Shown here: piece after piece, positions 57,940 to 64,000 of the stretch
Numbering within the stretch: position 1 is the first letter of the stretch
How the letters are laid out: the number at the start of each line of letters is the position of its first letter
Assembly (NCBI GenBank): GCA_041697335.1
Contig: JBGUGD010000015.1
Location: forward strand, 1-64,000
Source: Vampirovibrionaceae bacterium NZW_1234
GTDB taxonomy: Bacteria > Cyanobacteriota > Vampirovibrionia > Vampirovibrionales > JAGQHJ01
Direction of reading: 5' to 3'
DNA: 64,000 nt
Position numbers and translations under genes: made by a program
The notes under the pieces: model-generated
The model's database searches: none
Told to the model about the DNA's origin: nothing
Seen by the model: the letters and a program-made list of their open reading frames with translations, nothing else

Positions 57940-58239
57940 ATGAGCCAGGATGAGTCGCAATCACTGGATTACTTACAACAGATCCGCATCATTGAAGCTT
58001 ACTCGGCTGACGATCCCAGTAGCATCAACAAACTTTATTTTCAGGAAATGGTTTTGGAATCGCTGAGTCCCGAGGAACGTGACGCTTATATGCGCTTTCT
58101 TTTGGAGCCTCGGCCGAGAAGCTTAGAAGAAGCCTCTCGCCGTGAGAAATTCGGCAGTGGCATCCCACCTTGGGCTTCCTGGCTTAGACGGCTCAGTCAA
58201 AAACTCCGGGGAACAACACAACCTGAAGCACAACACTAA
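57940..58239 (+). CDS. Hypothetical protein
   Basis: AAGGA RBS; followed by a hairpin. Confidence 0.6.
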   Translation: MSQDESQSLDYLQQIRIIEAYSADDPSSINKLYFQEMVLESLSPEERDAYMRFLLEPRPRSLEEASRREKFGSGIPPWASWLRRLSQKLRGTTQPEAQH

Positions 58240-58240
58240 G

Positions 58241-58282
58241 CACAACAAAGGCTCCTCTAGAATCCAGAGAGAGCCTGTTGTG
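58241..58282. terminator. Hairpin between the hypothetical gene and convergent rpsG
   Basis: CACAACA.AGGCTC.CTCT...AGAG.GAGCCT-GTTGTG. Confidence 0.6.
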
Positions 58283-58309
58283 AGGATATTTACTGGAAAG
58301 ATGGAAAAA

Positions 58310-58783
58310 TTAATAGCGATAGTGAGCAAATGCCTTGTTGGCCTCGGCCATCTTGTGAGTATCATCTTTCTTCTTAATGGCGGAGCCTTCACCCCGGTAG
58401 GCCGATAAGAGTTCTTCAGCCAACTTCTCAGCCATAGAACGGCTGGAACGGGTTTGGGCAAATTTGATGATCCACTTGGACGCCAGTGCAGAACCACGAT
58501 CCGGACGCACTTCCACAGGAACCTGATATGTGGAACCACCGACCCGGCGGGCTTTTACTTCTACGAGGGGAGTTACCCGTTTCAAGGCTTTGTGAAACAC
58601 CTCAACGGGCTTTTCATCTTTCACACGTTCGCCGATGACATCCAACGCATTGTAAAAGATCCGCTCAGCCACACTTTTTTTACCACGCTGCATTAAGCGG
58701 TTAATAAATTTGGCCACTTCAACATCGTTAAACACGGAATCCGGGCTGGGAACACGTTTGGCTGGCTTATAACGACGAGGCAT
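58310..58783 (-). CDS. rpsG: 30S ribosomal protein S7
   Basis: [11 protein letters not shown] and [13 protein letters not shown] motifs. Confidence 0.99.
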   Translation of the reverse strand: MPRRYKPAKRVPSPDSVFNDVEVAKFINRLMQRGKKSVAERIFYNALDVIGERVKDEKPVEVFHKALKRVTPLVEVKARRVGGSTYQVPVEVRPDRGSALASKWIIKFAQTRSSRSMAEKLAEELLSAYRGEGSAIKKKDDTHKMAEANKAFAHYRY

Positions 58784-58842
58784 AAATGAATAAACTCCTT
58801 TTTAAGTCCTGTTAAATCTGGAACACCCGAGGGGGGATAAGC

Positions 58843-59235
58843 TTATTTCTTACCGGCAGCAGCAGCTTCACCTTTTTTGGTGCCATACTTACTACGGCCT
58901 TGTTTGCGGTTTTTTACGCCCGCTGTATCTAAGGCACCCCGGATAATGTGGTAACGAACCCCCGGAAGATCTTTTACCCGGCCGCCACGAATCATGACAA
59001 CAGAGTGCTCTTGAAGGTTGTGGCCTTCCCCTGGAATGTATGCCGTTACTTCATAACCATTGGTCAAACGGACACGAGCCACCTTACGCAAGGCCGAGTT
59101 CGGTTTTTTAGGGGTGGTGGTATACACACGGGTGCATACCCCACGTTTTTGAGGATTCGCCATTAAGGCAGGGGACTTGGTTTTGTCCAAAATCTTTTTC
59201 CGTTCTTTACGAACCAATTGCGAAATGGTTGGCAA
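58843..59235 (-). CDS. rpsL: 30S ribosomal protein S12 (TTG start)
   Basis: [10 protein letters not shown] and GGRVKDLPG motifs. Confidence 0.99.
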   Translation of the reverse strand: MPTISQLVRKERKKILDKTKSPALMANPQKRGVCTRVYTTTPKKPNSALRKVARVRLTNGYEVTAYIPGEGHNLQEHSVVMIRGGRVKDLPGVRYHIIRGALDTAGVKNRKQGRSKYGTKKGEAAAAGKK

Positions 59236-59559
59236 GGGGGAATCTCCTTAGTTCCTTTAATTCCTACGTATGGTAGTTAAGATTAGCTGAAACAAAGACG
59301 CACTGTCAACAGCGTGCACATGTCTCACCTGAGCCACGTTCCCGGCGAGTACGACAAATATGGCACAAACAACGCGCTGCGTCAAAATTCGAGTTTTTAC
59401 AGACGAGTCAAACCATGGGCCGATGGGGTCTACATTCGCTCAAATAAGCCATACAGGCAGACTAGCGACAGAAATATATGTGTGGTACCGTAAGGCGATG
59501 CCTCTATAGAAAAGGCCGTGTTTTCACTTACCCCGCAATCTAAGGAGATCCTTCCCATC

Positions 59560-60036
59560 ATGATTACAAAAGACAAAGTAGTTGCCATGACCTATATCCT
59601 CAAGGATGAAGACGGCAACATCCTCGATGAGTCCGGCAATGAATCCTTTGAGTTTCTGCAAGGTCATCAGAACATTATTCCCGGCCTTGAAAAAGCATTG
59701 AACGGATTAAACCCCGGTGATCGTAAAAACGTGGAAGTCTCTCCCGATGAAGCCTATGGCGAGTACGACCCGGAACTTCGCTTTTCCATCGAAAAACAAC
59801 AATTTGGTGGCCAGTCTCCTGAAAGCGGGATGATGATTCAGTTGACCTCTCCCCAAGGTCAACCCTTCGTGGCCTCTGTTGTGGAAGTCGATGATAAACT
59901 GGTTCACTTGGATGCAAACCATCCTTTGGCCGGTAAAAAACTGCATTTTGCTGTGGAAATTGTCAACGTCCGTGATGCGTCAGAAGAAGAACTGGCCCAT
60001 GGCCATGTCCACGGACCTCACGGTCATCATCACTAA
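59560..60036 (+). CDS. slyD: FKBP-type peptidyl-prolyl isomerase SlyD
   Basis: IIPGLE.AL, AYGE and DANHPLAGK motifs; His-rich tail. Confidence 0.95.
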   Translation: MITKDKVVAMTYILKDEDGNILDESGNESFEFLQGHQNIIPGLEKALNGLNPGDRKNVEVSPDEAYGEYDPELRFSIEKQQFGGQSPESGMMIQLTSPQGQPFVASVVEVDDKLVHLDANHPLAGKKLHFAVEIVNVRDASEEELAHGHVHGPHGHHH

Positions 60037-60056
60037 ATCCTGGCACGAATATTTAC

Positions 60057-60095
60057 TTTTAAGGCCCTGGTATCAACAATACCAGGGCCTTAAAA
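60057..60095. terminator. Hairpin terminator between slyD and rpaA
   Basis: TTTTAAGGCCCTGGTAT-caaca-ATACCAGGGCCTTAAAA. Confidence 0.75.
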
Positions 60096-60128
60096 TTGAA
60101 GTTCGGAGAATATGTTTCTGAACGAATG

Positions 60129-60833
60129 CTATTGAATCCCTTCCGGATGGAGCCGGTAACCGCCTCCATAAATAGTTTCAATAAATTTCTTGTCCGGAGA
60201 TGCTTTCTCAAGTTTCGAACGCAGGTGACGCACGTGAACACGAATGGTTTCAACGTCATCATCCGGCGAATAGCCCCAAACATCTTGCAAAAGCTTACCC
60301 AGGGAAATTGCCTGGCCGTGATTTTGGACTAAACAATTCAGGATTTCGAATTCCGTGGGAGTCAGCTTGGTCTTTTTATCATTGATTTTCACTTCCAGAT
60401 TCTCTGGAATCAACGTGATATCACCAATGGAAAGAATCTCGGTGACCGCAGCCTGAGGAGCTGCACTGTAGCGCCGCAACAAAGCCCTAACTCGGACCAT
60501 CAATTCAGGGATCTCAAAGGGTTTTACCAGGTAATCATCTGCCCCGGCATCAAAACCCTTAATTTTATCATCCACGACACCCAACGCAGTCAACATCAAC
60601 ACCGGGATCTCAGCGATATCCGGATTCTTACGAATACGTTGACAGACAGTAAAGCCATCGACACCCGGCATCATGACATCCAAAATTGCCAATTGAGGGC
60701 GGTGCTGTTGAACCAAGGCGTACCCGGTTTCGCCATCGGGAGCAGAAATAACGGTATGGCCCAACATTTCAAGGTTAATTCTGACTAACTCCAAAATAGA
60801 CGGATCATCGTCTACGATTACAACGGTCGACAT
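60129..60833 (-). CDS. rpaA: OmpR-family response regulator, RpaA orthologue
   Basis: ILELV..NLEM, VDGFTVCQR, AEIPVLMLTALG, EILS.G..TLIPE and VWGY.PDDD.ETIRVH.RHLR.KLE match cyanobacterial RpaA. Confidence 0.85.
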   Translation of the reverse strand: MSTVVIVDDDPSILELVRINLEMLGHTVISAPDGETGYALVQQHRPQLAILDVMMPGVDGFTVCQRIRKNPDIAEIPVLMLTALGVVDDKIKGFDAGADDYLVKPFEIPELMVRVRALLRRYSAAPQAAVTEILSIGDITLIPENLEVKINDKKTKLTPTEFEILNCLVQNHGQAISLGKLLQDVWGYSPDDDVETIRVHVRHLRSKLEKASPDKKFIETIYGGGYRLHPEGIQ

Positions 60834-60835
60834 TA

Positions 60836-61978
60836 TTACAGATTCTCCGGACGTTCTTTTAACACGACAGTCACATGTATAAAATTATTATTGCGCAATA
60901 TCTTGAGATTGATCGCTTCTCCAGGATTTTTGGATTCAATATAGCTGATGAACTCATCGGCAGAGGTGATAGGTTTCTTATCGACCGCCACGATAATATC
61001 CCCTCCAAGGTTGATTTCTTGCCCGCCAGCAATGACTTTTTGTTTACCCGGTTGTATACCCGCCTGAGCAGCCGGGCTATCCTCATAAACCTCGCCAACC
61101 ATAATGCCATGTTCAATAGGCAGGTTCAAAACCTTGGCGACACGAGGGGTCACCTCCAAACTCATGGTGGTACCCAGGTAAGAACGAATCACTTTTCCAT
61201 ACCGAATCAAATCACTGGCGACCTTTTTAGCTCGGTTCGAGGGCACGGCAAAACCAATACCCGCATAAGACCCAGTGGGGCTAAAAATAGCAGTATTGAT
61301 GCCAACCAGGTTACCACCGGAATCTAATAGCGGCCCACCGGAATTGCCTGGATTAATGGCAGCGTCAGTTTGAACAATATTTTCAATGAGGCGACCATTG
61401 GGGGCTCTAAGCGTTCTGTTCAAGCTACTGATGATACCACGGGTGAGGGTACTGGATAAGCCAAATGGATTGCCAATGGCAAAGACACTTTGGCCTACTT
61501 CTAACTTGGCAGAATCGCCCAAGGGAATCACAGGCAATGGCTCATTTGGATCAATCTTCAATAACGCCAAGTCGCTACTGGGATCCACGCCTACCAACGT
61601 TGCTTTATAGGTCTTCTGGTTGATTAACGTTACCTCTAGCATCCGAGCATTCTCGATGACATGGCTATTGGTGAGAATATAGCCATCCTTTGTCAAAACA
61701 ATCCCAGAGCCACTCCCTTGGGAGGGCACAGGATTGTGAAAATAGTCGTATTTCAATGTTGTGCTAGTAATATTGACAACTGCAGCCCGTGCAGCGTGAT
61801 AAATTTTGATGGTGCGCTTTTCCTCTTCTGTCAATTCAGTCGGATTGGCTTCGGCCAAGATATCAACCTGGCCATTAAAGACTTTCTGGGGCTGCACAAA
61901 GCGATGATAGACCCAGAAGCTACTCCAGAGCAAAATGACGGTAAGAACGGCAGTAAATAGGGGACGCAGAACTTTCAT
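60836..61978 (-). CDS. htrA: HtrA/DegQ-type serine protease with one PDZ domain
   Basis: LTNSHV, DLALL and TDAAINPGNSGGPL motifs; N-terminal TM. Confidence 0.95.
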   Translation of the reverse strand: MKVLRPLFTAVLTVILLWSSFWVYHRFVQPQKVFNGQVDILAEANPTELTEEEKRTIKIYHAARAAVVNITSTTLKYDYFHNPVPSQGSGSGIVLTKDGYILTNSHVIENARMLEVTLINQKTYKATLVGVDPSSDLALLKIDPNEPLPVIPLGDSAKLEVGQSVFAIGNPFGLSSTLTRGIISSLNRTLRAPNGRLIENIVQTDAAINPGNSGGPLLDSGGNLVGINTAIFSPTGSYAGIGFAVPSNRAKKVASDLIRYGKVIRSYLGTTMSLEVTPRVAKVLNLPIEHGIMVGEVYEDSPAAQAGIQPGKQKVIAGGQEINLGGDIIVAVDKKPITSADEFISYIESKNPGEAINLKILRNNNFIHVTVVLKERPENL

Positions 61979-62060
61979 GAAAATCGATTCTGTTGCATGA
62001 TTACTTTTATTCTACTCGTTTCTGTCAAACGTGAGCAATGAGGATTCAAGAAACAGCCCC

Positions 62061-62939
62061 ATGCTGCAAAAAATTCAACACTATGCCGATCTGGTCAAAT
62101 TTGAACACACTGTATTTGCCTTGCCTTTTGCCTTATCTGCAGTTCTGTTGGCATCAGGCCCTCAGTGGCCCTCTTTAAACGTGGTTTTGTGGGTTGTTCT
62201 TGCCATGGTGGGTGGGCGCACCTTTGCCATGGGTATGAACCGTATCATTGATATTAATATTGACGGTAAAAACCCCCGCACTCAAAACAGGGCTCTTCCT
62301 GCCGGGCGGGTCAAAATAGCAGAAGCCTGGGGTCTTAGTATTTTAGCATTGATATTAATGGTGGTGGCCACATTCCAGCTTCCCGTGATTTGCCGCCAAT
62401 TACTTCCAATCGCTTTAGCCATCCTGATTTTATACTCCTATGTTAAGCGTTTTTCCAATATGGCTCACCTCGTCCTTGGACTTGCCTTAGGATCTTCAGC
62501 CATTGGTGGGTGGATTGCGGTTACCGGTGAACTGTCTTGGACTGCCCTCCTGTTTGGCCTCGGCGTTTTATTTTGGGTCGCCGGATTTGACATTATTTAT
62601 GCCTGCCAAGATGTCGATTTTGACAGGTCCTATGGACTTTTCAGCATTCCCGCCTCCTGGAGCATTAAAACTGGTCTTCGCATCAGCCGCGTATTTCATG
62701 TGTTCACGGTCTTGTGCCTGATCGCTGTCGGCCTGCTACATCCTTATATCAGCGGAATTTACTGGGGAGCTGTTGGCCTCGTGGCCTTTATGCTGTATTA
62801 CGAACACACATTAGTGTCCGATAAAGATTTATCACGTGTGGATGAGGCCTTTTTTATGGTCAACGGTCAAATCAGTCTGGGCGTGATGGGGCTGATTTTT
62901 GCAGACAAAGTCGCTCTGGTGCAACACCTGCTAAACTAG
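62061..62939 (+). CDS. UbiA-family prenyltransferase (MqnP-like, futalosine pathway)
   Basis: VKFEHTVFALPFA, NRIID..ID..NPRT..R and FDIIYACQD motifs. Confidence 0.88.
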   Translation: MLQKIQHYADLVKFEHTVFALPFALSAVLLASGPQWPSLNVVLWVVLAMVGGRTFAMGMNRIIDINIDGKNPRTQNRALPAGRVKIAEAWGLSILALILMVVATFQLPVICRQLLPIALAILILYSYVKRFSNMAHLVLGLALGSSAIGGWIAVTGELSWTALLFGLGVLFWVAGFDIIYACQDVDFDRSYGLFSIPASWSIKTGLRISRVFHVFTVLCLIAVGLLHPYISGIYWGAVGLVAFMLYYEHTLVSDKDLSRVDEAFFMVNGQISLGVMGLIFADKVALVQHLLN

Positions 62940-62984
62940 TAGATAGAACGACAAGCACTGTAGCGGCAACTGTGTTGGGGCGTC

Positions 62985-63800
62985 TTGAAACCGGTGTCAA
63001 ATACACAACTATTTCCCATTACCCGATATTTGCTAAGCCAGGTGTCTCACGGCACCACGGATTTCTTGTATCGTCTGGGCCTTGCTACCCAGAATACGCT
63101 ACAAACCGCGTATTTCATTTTAAAAGGCAGGCTTTCAAAAAACCTGTTCGCTCAACAGGCAGCCTTTATTGGCGTTGACGCTCTGGGCATTTCATTGATT
63201 TTGACACTATTCTCCGGTATGGTGATTGCCCTTCAAGTGGCACAAGAATTGACTAAGCAAGGGGCTGGCAATTTTGTGGGTGCATTGGTGGCCATCGCCA
63301 TTCTTCGCGAGCTGGCTCCCATTATGACGGGCTTCTCGGTCATTGCCATGGTTGGCTCAGCCTATTCTGCCGAATTGGCAACTATGCAGATTCAAAAACA
63401 AATTGATGCCTTACGCATGCTGCGGGTCGATCCGGTTCGCTACCTGGTGGTGCCTCGCTTATGTGCTGCCGTTGCCATGCTTCCCTTGATGACCATATTA
63501 ACCGCCATGGCTGGCATTGTAGGCGGTATGGTTGTCAGCTATGTGGTTGCGGACTTGAATTACAACAACTATATGGAATCGGTTTGGCGCCAAGTAGAAA
63601 CCCGGGACATTCTGGGCGCCATGTTCAAAGCCTCGGTTTTTGGTGCTTTAATCGTCACCTTTTCCACCACTATTGGATTGAATACGAAGGGTGGTGCTAA
63701 AGAAGTGGGAGAATCAACCACCCGGGCTGTGGTTTGGTCTTTTATCGCTATGGCCATTGCTGACTACGTATTGTCATTTCTACTTTTCCAGGAGAACTAG
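62985..63800 (+). CDS. mlaE: MlaE family lipid ABC permease
   Basis: RELAP, SAELATM...QIDAL, LVVPR and GGA..VG..TT.AVV motifs. Confidence 0.93.
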   Translation: MKPVSNTQLFPITRYLLSQVSHGTTDFLYRLGLATQNTLQTAYFILKGRLSKNLFAQQAAFIGVDALGISLILTLFSGMVIALQVAQELTKQGAGNFVGALVAIAILRELAPIMTGFSVIAMVGSAYSAELATMQIQKQIDALRMLRVDPVRYLVVPRLCAAVAMLPLMTILTAMAGIVGGMVVSYVVADLNYNNYMESVWRQVETRDILGAMFKASVFGALIVTFSTTIGLNTKGGAKEVGESTTRAVVWSFIAMAIADYVLSFLLFQEN

Positions 63801-63803
63801 CTA

Positions 63804-64000
63804 ATGCCGGACACCCCGATGATTCATTTGGAAAACGTAAGCAAAGCCTTCGGTGGCCGTCCTGTTTTGGAGGATATTAGCCTAGATGTGGCTTCTCAAG
63901 AAATTTTGGCCATTATCGGGCCCAGTGGTTGCGGAAAAAGTACCTTATTACGCGTCATCAGCGGTCTGGATAAGCCTGACGCAGGGGTGGTCGAGCTGGG
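63804..64000 (+). CDS. mlaF: ABC ATPase (MlaF-like), truncated at the window's right edge
   Basis: MPDTPMIHLENVSKAFG...IIGPSGCGKSTLLR (Walker A); directly after mlaE. Confidence 0.85.
   Translation, partial: MPDTPMIHLENVSKAFGGRPVLEDISLDVASQEILAIIGPSGCGKSTLLRVISGLDKPDAGVVEL

Overview
A 64-kb, mostly housekeeping chromosomal segment. It is most consistent with a non-photosynthetic cyanobacterial relative (Vampirovibrionia/Melainabacteria). This is inferred from a clear RpaA orthologue, cyanobacteria-like MinCDE/SecA/RpoZ, no photosynthesis genes, an MqnP-type prenyltransferase and Bacillota-like YtxH/DUF948/DUF881/YqeG genes. Core genes include folK, miaB, glpK, plsC, trxA, lptF/G, tsaD, secA, minCDE, aroKB, thpR, fabI, guaD, feoAB, rpoZ, anmK, rpsLG, slyD, rpaA, htrA and mlaEF. 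Between them sit lineage-specific orphans that look effector-like: polyproline, Gln-rich/EF-hand and Gly/Met-rich proteins, a CNF1/CheD-type deamidase candidate, and several proteins with an N-terminal disordered leader ending in xF[GS]. Several of these share an upstream GT(T/A)ACA 10-bp direct repeat resembling the RpaB HLR1 site. Notable non-coding structures are an 11-bp-phased TTCACGCG array beside an AT-rich palindrome downstream of secA, a switchable or pseudoknotted leader ahead of a TetR gene, and a 134-bp rod-like hairpin flanked by 8-bp direct repeats upstream of minC. No rRNA, tRNA, CRISPR array or transposase was seen. All calls come from motif recognition by eye; no database searches were run.
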